The notes beneath the pieces were generated by a model that was not told where the DNA came from, searched no databases, and saw only the letters and a program-made list of their open reading frames with translations. A program made the translations under genes and the position numbers. A stretch of 64,000 nucleotides of DNA from Amphiscolops sp. MND2022 (taxonomy: Eukaryota). The stretch lies in the NCBI GenBank assembly GCA_964187785.1, contig OZ076413.1, positions 45,200,001 to 45,264,000 of the forward strand, read 5' to 3'. This document shows, one piece after another, positions 35,580 through 46,429 of the stretch; positions within the stretch are counted from its first letter, which is position 1; each line of letters starts with the position of its first letter.

Positions 35580-38500
35580 TCATTTCCCTCCAGAATTCTT
35601 CTTCTTGATTGTTATCTTCTTTACAAACTTAGTCTCTGTCGGAGGAAAGGGAATTTCATCAATCACACGAGGAACAGAAAGAGTTGCCGTAGCCAAATCT
35701 GGTATCTGATCAGTAGGGACAGAAGTACTTGGCCCAGCCCGAAAGGGAGACATTTTGGCAAATTTCCCAGACTTTCCAACTGTAGGACTGACAATGGTAT
35801 TCGCTGACTTGGGGACTGAATCAATACAAGTCCATAACCGCTCTTCTTCTTTGATGGTGCAAGTGTATCGGGAATCAAGACGATTAAATAACCGCAGACG
35901 CCGTCCCGAACAGCTGGAAGTGACGTCCCACACAGAGAAATCAGGGTCCTCGAGCAAAGCTTTTCCTCTCCCGAGCAAGGAGAAGATTGGTGCAATAGTA
36001 CGAGGATTATTGAAGAGCCCGGTTACATTTGGAATACCTGACAGGGAAGATTGTACAGTATGTACGCAACATTCAAAATCGTCTAAATTGGAAGACAATT
36101 CAGGCAAAGCAATAGAGAACGTGGGAGGAACTTTACTAACATCCATTGAACTAAGGCAGCACAGCTTGAAGACAGTATGGAGGTGTTCTCGACAATGAAG
36201 TTCGTAAAACCCCGACAAGAAAGAGACCCAGTCTTCATCATAACTGACATCATTGCTGCGGAATTTCTCGACAAACGAGCAGTACTCGCTAAGAACAAGA
36301 GGTTTAGCGGAGTTGGGGATCCATTGGTACCGAGACAAATAGTCGCATAATTGTTCACACTCGTAACGGTAATTTGCTTCCTCACCACGACGGATGACAC
36401 TTTCGTCAAAGATTGACATACCTCGTATGAGCTTTGACTTTCGGATGCTGTGTTTCAAAAGGAGACTACAAAAGTGCTTGTAGAAACAGACCGCTTGCTC
36501 AACAAAATATGTGGGAGTAGGGATCTCTGCTCTTGCCACGAGGTTTGCAAAATCTTTGTCTCTGAGGAATTCAGTAGGCCCCTTTAAAGGAAGGTCAGCC
36601 GATGTCAAATCGATGGACAAGAACTTGTCCCAGTTAGAAATGTCCCCGAGGAAGGAAGTAGGGAGGATAGAATTCAATTGACTGTAGACAAAAGTAGCAT
36701 AGGCACTGTACTGCCGAAAACCGTCGCCAGCAACTCCGAAGACATCTTTGAAAGCAGATTGATCTGAACACAACCCAAATATACCATTTGAAAAGCGACT
36801 AAGGAAGAAGTGAAACAGAAGAGAACTAACAATGCAGTAGGACATTCCGTATTAAGAAGAGTTTCGCGGGAAAAGCTTTGTCCTTGTAAAAGGTCTCATC
36901 GAGACTTTTTGGCCGAAAGAACAAACGATTGAGCAAGAAGAAAGGAAAGGTGGGAAATGAACCAATAAATCGGAAATCACCTCTTTCATATGATACTTGA
37001 AGGCTTTAGCCCGATCAGCGAGTCGGAGGTGAGCGATCACATTGTTCCAGTTCATGTACAACTGCTCAAGTAGGATGATGGAGCTTTGAAGGTCGAAATC
37101 AAGATTACTGGTCGCCTAAAACAAAAAGCAAAATGGAAACAAACACAAATTGGTGTCGTTAAGGGAGCATAAAATAACAAATTATGATGCAGTATACTGA
37201 ATTATGAACTCAGCATAATAAAGTATACAGCATGCTGCATAGATAATACAGATTATGCGGTTTTCAGAAGAAAACAGCATAGAAGAAATCATTATGCGGT
37301 TTTCAGAAGAAAACAGCATAGAAGAAATCAGTATTAGGTTTTCAGAAGAAAACAGCATAGAAGAAATCAGTATGCGGTTTTCAGAAGAAAACAGCATAGG
37401 AGAAATCAGCATGCGCTTTACAGAAGAAAACAGAATAGAAGAAACCAGTAAGCGGTTTTCAGAAGAAAACAGCATAGAAGAAACCATTATGCGGTTTTCA
37501 GAAGAAAACAGCATAGAAGAAATCAGTATGCGGTTTTCAGAAGAAAACAGCATAGAAGAAATCAGTATGCGGTTTTCAGAAGAAAACAGCATAGAAGAAA
37601 TCAGTATGCGGTTTTCAAGAGAAAACAGAATAGAAGAGACCATTATGCGCTTTTCAGAAGGAAACAGCATAAAAGAGTCAATCATACTGTTTTCAGAGGG
37701 AAACAGTATAAAGAGATGATCATGCGGTTTTTCGGGAAAACAGCATGATGTTAAAGAGGAATAACGACAAAGCGCGGAGTGATTATTATACGAGAATATG
37801 CCGTTTTGTTAAACAGCATATGATCAATTAAGTATGGGTCAAAGGACTTCAAGAATAGGAATCTGCAACGAAAATTCAGAACAAAAGCGTTGTTATGAAA
37901 CGACATCATAAAAGTAGGATTACCTTGCGCAACTCAGGGAGATCAGAGAGCCAATCTGAGTCGAGAGCGGAATGGAGTTTCATAAGGAGGAATTGGATAA
38001 CACTGCGAAAATCGTATCGGTCTAAGATCTTGATGGTGGGTCCAGCAAGTGTCTTATAAAGTTCCTCATAACTGAATTTAGGGACAATGCAAATTTCGGG
38101 TGACTGTTGAAGTTCTGTAACCGTAGCCTTGGACCCGACCAAGGAATAAATCCTTGGGTTTTTGGAAGAAGTGGCTAAGAACGAGGAAACAATTTCCAAA
38201 GTTTTCCGTGCTGTTAATAAGCTGGTGGGATACTTGCAAAGGGGAAGGCGATTGAACACGTTTCCGGTCCAGAACGTTACGACCACAATGGTGTGACGAT
38301 TTGAAACTTGGAGCTGAAGTGAACAATGCCCAGACATGTCTGCTGACGAAATGGAATATGATATCAGCTCACGAAACATGTAGGTCAAAATTCCCTGTAA
38401 CAACAAAAAGTTACAAGCAACTATTGAAACAATGATAAGAAAGTGGAAAAGAGAGCTACTCACAAAGATCCGTTCAGGATTCCAATTGTATTGTGGGACT

Positions 38501-40180
38501 TTAGCTGGGCCGCGAATCTCAAGTCCAAGATTGGTCCAGAGAGAGATTAGAGAGCTCAGAGTCCCACCGTTTTGTAGCGCTGACAGTAAAATGCGGATTT
38601 GGGAACAAACCACAGTTGAAGGATCGAACTCAGCAGTGTCAGCGGGTAGTTTTCTCTGCCCAGGCATTAAGTAACATTCACCGAGTACGGGGGCAATTGG
38701 CAACTCTTGTTCCGCTTTTGCTCTTGCATCCTTCAAAGCCGGACCAACTAATTCCAACTCGTTCGAAACAAATAGAGGCAACCCGGGTGTTTCCATTCGA
38801 ATTCGGTGTTCCCTCGTTAAATGGCCTTCAGTTCGGTAGTGTGAGAGGATTTCTAAAGACCCTTTTGTCTTAAGGGATAGTTCTAAATGGCAAACTCTGC
38901 AGCGCCATTTGTGTGGGTTTTTCTCACTGTCAATTGGTGCGGTGACAAAGAATCTGAACACAGGGTGCTTGCGGAACATCTGAAGGTTCAATTGTAACCT
39001 GAGTCGCGGTCGTTTCTGAGTGACAAATTGGTCCTCTGGAGGACTTGAAGGGGATTTGTCCACCCTAGATTCAACAGGCGTTTTCCCTTTTCGCCTCTTC
39101 ATGGGCGTTGCCGAAGGATCCCTTGGCCCAGTGCTTGTACTCGCTACTAAGTTTGGTAAACCACCTTCAGGTGAGTTAACTTCAGGAGTTGGGGCAGTTC
39201 CGTCGGGGACAGTAATTGGGTTGGCAATGTGAGCCAACAATCGTGAACTGATAGTGGTAGTAGCTTCAGCAACTAAAACTTCTAATTTTCGCTCAAGAGC
39301 GAGTAGATCAGTGCTGGTGGCGTAATTAACAGTAGTTGGAAGTGAAGTCTCAAGTGGTGTAGTTTGGACCAAAGTCCTTTCCCCTGTTTGGTCATGAGCC
39401 AAATTACCTTGGGTTTCCTCAAGAAATTTGGAAAATGGAGATGTGCATGTTCTCTCAGCTGCAGCATCCGGTAAAGAATTACCCACGAGTTCTGGATCAG
39501 GGTGCTCATACCCTTCAGTGAGCGGTTGACTGGTGTCTTGAGCAACATCTTGCTCATTTTCAGACTCATTAAACAACCGAGAAACAGAATTGTCCTGAGG
39601 GGCAGTGAGACCAGAAGAGCCCAATAGTGCGGACACGTTGACAACAGTTTCCATGCTCCGATTGAAAGAATGCTTGATACCATCAAGATCAACGGCTTGG
39701 TCAGATTCTTCGAAAACTTGCAAATTGTGCTCTGGAGTGGATTGACTTTGAGGCTCAATGAAGGGAACGAGTTCAGTTAAATTGTGGACAACAGATGGAT
39801 TTTCGCCCGATTCGCGAGGAGTGAGAGGAGCTGAAACACGGAAACAAAGTCAGAAATACAGGAAATTGAATCTGTCAGAAACGGAAGTTGTCTGATTAAA
39901 AGTGAAAGCCTGATCAATTTTCACTTCAAATTCAAATGAGTTCAGAAAAATTTGTTCATCAGCTATGACAGAAAATCCGAAAATGGACCTGTGATTCAAT
40001 GATGAAATACAACGAAACCGTTCATTGCTTCAGAAGGAGAATAAAAACTTTTCTTGAAAGAAGTGAATGAAAACGAAACACTTGAATAGTCTCTTCATTA
40101 AAAATGTTAGAATCTAGTCAAAAGAACAAACCTTGTGTTGGCTGCTTGAATTCTTGATCTTGGGTGGACATCTCTGCCAT
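35580..40180 (-). CDS. Antisense six-exon accessory gene of element 1: BED-like C2H2 finger plus degenerate hAT-transposase-like domain (~1095 aa predicted)
   Basis: Exons 40180-40132, 39830-38464, 38394-37924, 37115-36981, 36912-36831 and 36763-35580 total 3288 nt in frame. Introns are GT-AG except the intron 4 acceptor, which reads GG in this copy. Finger WRCRVCHLELSLKTKGSLEILSHYRTEGH. Homologous to 58146-62627. Confidence 0.8.
37252..37750. repeat. 39-bp tandem repeat (~12 copies) inside intron 3 of the antisense gene
   Basis: Unit A(T/G)TATGCGGTTTTCAGAAGAAAACAGCATAGAAGAAATC; contains the imperfect palindrome TATGCGGTTTTC-agaa-GAAAACAGCATA. Confidence 0.93.
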
Positions 40181-41548
40181 TGACGAGTTAAATCCACGAG
40201 CGCGAGGCAAACACGAAGGCGAATAACTAAACGGAAATGGCGTAGAAAGATGATGAACTACTGAAAGTATGTAGAGGAATAAGGAAGTTGGGAGAATACG
40301 TAATGGAATAAGTAACTCAACTAGTTGAAGACAGAACGTGGAGAATCGTAATGAAAGACTGACAGGATAACTTGGATAGACTATATACTCTGGAAACTTT
40401 GACGACTAGAAACAATTGTTAAATCCAAAAACAAATGAAATAAACTGGTCAAAGAAGGCGTGGCGATTGATACAAAGGCAATAAAACAGATGAATGACGT
40501 CAGACAATGGCGTTTACTATATATCTTAAATCTGATTGGTCGAGACAGATTGTACTCAGTTTGATCATTTCTGCCAGAATGAGCAAATTGGAGAAGTACA
40601 TTCCCTTATAAGGTCACTAATTGTTTGCACAGGCTAACACAAATACAATACACAAAAGACTGGACATTATGCGGGTCTGCTTGAGAAACAGCATAATCGT
40701 GTTATGCAGTTTTCACCACAAAACAGTATAGCCTCTTGTTCATTGCGCAGATTCGCATACAAGAACGATTGAGTTACATTATGCGGATTTCAATTAAAAA
40801 CAGCATCATGGTCCAGCACCCAAGTGAAGAATACAGTATAATTGCGTTACACGGAATAACTGAGTGGCAGCGCGAACGAGGAACGCGGTATGCAGAAAAC
40901 ACAGTGGAACAGCATAAAGAACTTATGCAGAAAAAAATGGAAAACAGCATAAGGGATTAGTAAAGTTAATGAGTGAAATTATGATGTAATATGATGTTTT
41001 CTGTATGCAGTATGTGGTGTAGGTTACTACTAAAGGTGCTGTACTAAATACGATGCATTCAACATTGAGTGAATGAAAACTCATACTATGAACGGAGTGA
41101 GTCACACATTGTAGTGTGAAGGATTTTCACACCATAAACCTGAATGAAATATGACTACCATATATTTATGATTATGAGTAATTAAAACAGGGTTACCCTA
41201 TATGAGCTGGCAATCGTCGATTTATGAAAGGCTTTAAAGAAGAATTACCGAAGACCGATGATTATTTATGACGATTTAATATAACTTGATGATGCTATTT
41301 TTTCCCTAAATAGTCGATGGCTATCAGAGAAATCCGGGAAATGGGCAAATTAAAATATGTGTTGAAGCAGTTTATAAGGAAACCCCCATAATCTTATAAA
41401 AATCTAGAAAACCTTGCCATTGTGGTCTAATCCTCACAAAAAACAGTTGCTTATACTTCCTTGAAACCTCAATAATTCGTAATTTGAACTTGTAGAATAA
41501 TTTGAACTTACAACATCACTCTGAAGATCGAAGGACAATCGACACAAA
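40181..41548. promoter_or_regulatory. Putative bidirectional promoter region between the antisense gene and ORF X
   Basis: Non-coding gap between two divergent ATGs; TGACGTCA (~40495), TATATA (~40518), CTGATTGG (~40532) and dispersed AACAGCATA/TTATGCGG motifs (40665-40950). Confidence 0.4.
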
Positions 41549-42511
41549 ATGTTCAGCACACCTGTAACGGCCACTAACAGTGCAAGAGCACCGATGATCA
41601 CGAGCCCTACAATGGAATTGGTGAACATTTCGAGCAGCTCGGGGGAAGAATTCGAAGTAGAGCACTTGTCTCTTCCTGAACTGGAGGACAGGTTCAGGAT
41701 AGCCCCTAACACAGCCAATGACATGCCAACAGCATTTATGGGGGCAGCTGGAGCAACCCTGTTCGTCCAGAATAACAACTCAGGAGTCAATACAGAACAC
41801 GAAGTGGACACGAGAGGGTCAGCCATCGAGAACGAACTGATGGATTTATTAGATGAAGTCTCTGAAATCTCATCATTAACATTTATCGGTTCCTCAGAAG
41901 ATGAAGCAGATCCATTTTTCGGGGCAAACTTCGCCAACGTAGAAAGAAATTCTTATGGCCGCCCAGTACAACGAGTTCAACCAAACATTAGACAATCGCA
42001 GACAGCGGGATCAAACACTAACCCCCCGGTTGTCCCCAGTCAAAATAGTGCGTTCACCACCGTCATACCTACTACCCGATGGGCCCAAGAACCAGCAACA
42101 CATTCACTGCCAAAAGCCAATTATCTCCCAATGCCAGTACCATTTTACCCTAACAATTGGAACAATATGAGGGGTGGCCGGCATGAACATAATGTGCAAA
42201 TGTCTGCAACATACCAGAATGCTCAGAACACAACCTTCGCAAACAATCAACCCGTTCTACAGATGAACCCTTCTGTGATGCCTGAGGTAGCTGGATACTG
42301 TCCCGGGTGCTCGAAGACATACGACCAGATAGCAGTGGAGACTCTCACCAACTATGTGGCGTGGTCAGAGTATCCCGAAGAGACAATCCGCGACCGCAAT
42401 GTCCGATCAAGGGCATTTGTAGATGGGTTCGGAGCAGCGCTGATCTGCTTTAAAAATGCTGGACTGTCGCCGGGTTTCCCCTGCGAGATGTCCGGCGTGC
42501 AGCATCGATGA
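41549..42511 (+). CDS. Accessory ORF X of element 1 (320 aa, unknown function); ends 47 nt inside the 3' LTR
   Basis: Intact ATG-to-TGA ORF; C-terminal YCPGCSKTYDQI...RSRAFVDGF is homologous to 56511-57299; acidic Ser-rich N-terminus LVNISSSSGEEFE. Confidence 0.8.
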   Translation: MFSTPVTATNSARAPMITSPTMELVNISSSSGEEFEVEHLSLPELEDRFRIAPNTANDMPTAFMGAAGATLFVQNNNSGVNTEHEVDTRGSAIENELMDLLDEVSEISSLTFIGSSEDEADPFFGANFANVERNSYGRPVQRVQPNIRQSQTAGSNTNPPVVPSQNSAFTTVIPTTRWAQEPATHSLPKANYLPMPVPFYPNNWNNMRGGRHEHNVQMSATYQNAQNTTFANNQPVLQMNPSVMPEVAGYCPGCSKTYDQIAVETLTNYVAWSEYPEETIRDRNVRSRAFVDGFGAALICFKNAGLSPGFPCEMSGVQHR

Positions 42512-44309
42512 GCAGTTCAGCCTACTCCCCCATACATCGCAGAACCCAAGACTTCAACCCTAAGTGTCATTGGAGCCACAAACTTAAAAGACATTTAAAC
42601 TTTTCGTAAACTAAAATAGTTGTTTTGAATGTTTGTTTTCGTTGCTATTTCCTCACCATTTGTTGAAGTTATAGTGTTAGTTGATGTAAATTTGTACGGT
42701 TTGATGCCTCTGTTGATTTGATTAAAACAACGATAAAATCGTTGATAAAACAAAAGAAAAAGGAAAAATTATTGACTAAATAAATAAGTCTCTAGTGATA
42801 ATGTTGCTAGTTGACCAGAACCAAACCCTTATCTTTTACTCCTCAATTACCTTAGAACATTGTACTGCAGTTTATTGTAGTTCCTTTAAGAAGATAAAGC
42901 ATTTATAGCTTGAATAAGCGGAAAGTAGATGCAAACAGCATGATGAACCACCCATAAAACAGTATAGTGGGATTATACCTTCTTTTACCAACAAATTGTA
43001 CTGCTTTATGCAGTTCCTACTAAATAGCATATGCAGCTCTAGCAAGAAAACAGCATAATGACTACGTATGTGAGCATGTTTATACTTCTTACCGCATTAT
43101 GCGGAAAACTCCTAAAAACAGCATAATGTCTACATGTGTGTGCATGATTATACTTCTTGCCGCATTATGCGGAAATCCTACAGGAACAGCATAATGGATA
43201 CGTTTGTACGCATATTTATGCTCCTTCCCGCATTATGCGGAAACTCATAAAAAACAGCATGATGTTTAATTCACCGTCAGCATAATGAACGCCAGCAGAC
43301 CGGAGCTAATGAATTATACAGCATTATACTGCTCTTATAGAACAGCATAAATGCCGATATGCGGGTAAAACATCATAATCCGCATATTGTTTTCACTTTA
43401 GTTCACCATCGTCATGATGCTATATTTAGACCTTCTAGGGATGTGATGTCATGATCTAATTTTAACTCCCGACCCTAGAAACATGACGTAAGGATGATTT
43501 TCATGAAATTGCTTGTCATGGTACTAAAAATATCATCCAATAGAATCATTTGAGGAGACCCTGAAAAAACCATTTTTCCGTACATTCATTCAACTGAAAA
43601 CCCCCTCAGAATACAGTCACTCAAACCAGCAAAACCTTCCCATCACTTTCAAAACACGCAGTTTCATTCTCTGTAAAAATAACTACTAGTTTTCATTTCG
43701 ACAATATCTTAGGAATTCAAAGATCTTCTTCACCCAAAACTGTTTTCAAAATGGGAAATAGGAGAAACAGAGGTACAAGACGGGCAGATTCGCAGTCTCC
43801 TGATAGAGATGAGAATACATCAGAAACGAGCTTTACACGAGGTAACACGACTTTAACTAATGTTTCTGAAAATGTTAATAACGTTTTTGACAGGAACTTA
43901 GGTAGTGAAATAACAGAGCCTTCTCAAATAAGCAACGAGATAGAAGTAATATCACAAAGATTGGCGGAGCAAAATAACAATAAGATGACACAGATTGAGG
44001 AGCAATTAAATAACAAGTTTGAAGAAATACTCAAAGAGATTAGAACAAACAGAAACTACAATACAACAACTGATGAAGAGGATGTTGAGAGAAGTCAACC
44101 TGGTCCTTCTAACTCAAAAAATAGGAGTCTCAGGAACAAACACGCATCGAATACAATGTTGGATAGAGACAAAAATCAGGATGATCGGTTTTACTCATCC
44201 GAAATGAGCGAACTAAGACAGCCATACACTCCCCTTGGAATTGCTAATGAAACGTTAGATGAAACTATCTTAATAAATGAAAACAGACAGGAAAATGCAG
44301 ATCATCTCA
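42465..44309 (+). repeat. 3' LTR of Gypsy element 1 (1845 bp), including a copy of the gag N-terminus from 43751
   Basis: Direct repeat of 18642-20485, followed by TSD AGTGC. Confidence 0.95.
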
Positions 44310-44574
44310 AGTGCAATCTTTGCGGTGGTCTTTCAAGACCATTGCATTTTGTACATTAAATTCTCAACCAGGGGAGTTTTCGTTGAAATTTACGTTGACA
44401 TTTTTGTTTCAAGGAATTCCTTGAAATGCATTCCTCGCACGATCCTGCAAGGAAATTGTTTCCTTGAAAATTTCTTTCGAGGAATCGAAGGAAAATGTAT
44501 TATCGTGCAAAATTCTTGCAAAGAAACTCTCCCATACAAACAGGTTGATAATACTCCTCCATAAGAGAAAGGTT

Positions 44575-45280
44575 GATTCCAGTCTGATCATACTCTGGAC
44601 CATATATGGCTCAGTCTATGATTAACTTGTTTCCATATACGGCTTATATTATGATCAAAATACTTTCATTAAACTGAAATTTTCATGGAAGTAACTGCCA
44701 CGATTGGAAAAAAATGTCTCAACGCTACTAAGAAACGGCTTGTATTAAGAAACCCAGGTTTTTTTCTTTTTCGATTATGTATTTCTCAAATTATGAATCA
44801 CAAGTTTTAAATTGAAAAAAAAACTTTTTGAGATCGAATTCTACCTGATTTCAAAGTTTGATTGAAGAAAATGTCTCAAGTTTCCACAAGTTCGCAGTCA
44901 ATATGTTGCTTGTATATTGAGAAACGCAAGTTTTTTCCTTTTCGTTTATGCATGTCTTTGTCTTACTATGTATCCCACGAGCAGAGTGCATCCCTTAAAC
45001 TAGTGTCACAAAAACGGCAAAAATTTATGCAAACTTTGCCTACAGATGATTGTCATGTCCGACAGGATTATCCATGATTCCAGGCTGTCTATACTCTGAA
45101 CCACTTATGACTCCAGACTGGACCATTTATGGTTTCACCCTGGGCCATAAAAGTTTATGGTTCCCTGTTGACCATGCTCTGAATCATATATGATTCCAGA
45201 TTGATCATGGTAAGATCATAGAAAAAATTTTTAAAAATTGTATGATTTGTCTGGTTCCATTTATGATCAGATTGTGATGA
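44575..45280. repeat. Degenerate short-motif repeat ((G/C)TG(G/A)ACCATATATG-like), probable MITE remnant
   Basis: Several imperfect CTGGACCATATATGG / CTGAATCATATATGA copies at 44580-44640 and 45070-45270. Confidence 0.3.
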
Positions 45281-46330
45281 AACTGGTTGGGTATCCTTGG
45301 AAGCATATTTTCTTAACCTTGGTCAGCAATGGACATTGTTGCAAAAATTGCTCACTATGATATCAGTTATTGAATGTTAGTTGGTTGAAAATTGCACTGA
45401 CTTCTTGAACATTGGACTCCCAAATTTGGTATCTTCTTTTCTCCGCGTCTTCTGATACGTACGCCCTCCCATGTTCGGTAACCCACTGCTGCCATGCTGG
45501 ATCTAAAAACGAATAATCCTAATTCAATTCACTCATTTAAGACATGCAATCATTTTTTCAATAACTTTCAAAACCGTTCGATATCGAAATTTCCTGAATT
45601 TCCGTTTATTTTGATTCCAATAGAATGGAATCATTAATGAAACTGAGAGAAACTTGAAGTTAATTGTTTGATGCGAAATCCGGAGCTAAGGTATAAAGAT
45701 CTTGCATATGTCTAATTCATCCCAGTATAATTCGGCCATTATTTTGAAAGCGAACAAATTTTTTAACACTTAAATTTTTTTTGGTTTTCAACTTCATGAA
45801 TAAACTAAAAAATTCCCTTATGGTTGCTTAAATGTAATTCTTTTATATAAAGAACTTCAAAATTAGTTTGTAATTGTTTGCTATTTATCAAAAAAGGTCA
45901 AGAACTTGACTAAAGGTGTTAAAAACAGAGCTAACAATTGCTTTAATGATAAGTTCAAATACCTTCAATTTTGCTTCTATAAGTCGAAAAAGATGCCCCA
46001 ATTGAAACGGCAACCCAGAAGTTGCTTGATAATAGCAAGAATGAAACGAAGCTGGCTACCATGCAGGAATTGTTCATTGGTGGAGATATTTTGTTAGACG
46101 ACTCAATAGTAGTTCTGTTTTTTGAAAACCATCTCGGAAGCTTTCAAGGACGAAGTAAATGTATTTAAGTTTATGACACACCTCCTGTTTTAGAATCACA
46201 GCTGTCAAATCATCAGGTGACAAATTATTTGAGATTTTATTTGATCAAAATGATTCAAGCACCCTTTATCTTAGTTTAACAATGTTAACAATTGGAGTTA
46301 TTAAATTCGAAAGTCATTCTAAACTCGGAT

Positions 46331-46429
46331 ATCTATTTTTTTCCTCTATGAAGTGTTTAATCATTTCCCTTCCATGTGACGTCACATGGAAGGGAAATGA
46401 TGAAACACTTCATAGAGGAAAAAATAGAT
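46331..46429. repeat. Near-perfect ~90-100 bp palindrome
   Basis: ...TTCCTCTATGAAGTGTTTAATCATTTCCCTTCCATGTGAC|GTCACATGGAAGGGAAATGATGAAACACTTCATAGAGGAA...; centre 46380/46381; one mismatch in 44-bp arms. Confidence 0.9.

Larger units (their letters stand above)
18642..44309 (+). mobile_element. Full-length Ty3/Gypsy LTR retrotransposon, element 1 (~17 kb excluding the nested BEL insertion)
   Basis: Direct LTRs 18642-20485 and 42465-44309 (TG...CA); 5-bp TSD AGTGC at 18637-18641 and 44310-44314; domain order gag, PR, RT, RH, IN. Confidence 0.97.

Noticed and set aside
37182..37719. ORFs with MRFSEENSIEEIS / ILISSMLFSSENR repeats
   Set aside because: Translations of the 39-bp tandem repeat, which lies inside a predicted intron.
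37252..37750. CRISPR-like appearance of palindromic repeats (also 29054-29250 and 19225-19440)
   Set aside because: No unique spacers, no cas genes, and a eukaryotic context.
37800..37865. Alternative acceptor TTGCAG at ~37863 for intron 3
   Set aside because: It leads to a stop after 7 codons; the acceptor at 37116 gives the 135-nt exon matching the homologue. It could still be a minor truncated isoform.
35300..41500. An independent hAT DNA transposon inserted into the Gypsy element
   Set aside because: No TIRs or 8-bp TSD seen, catalytic residues not recognisable, and the same position, orientation and partner ORF recur in a second divergent element.
41549..42511. env gene in the usual third-ORF position
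   Set aside because: No signal peptide, furin site plus fusion peptide, or convincing TM anchor.
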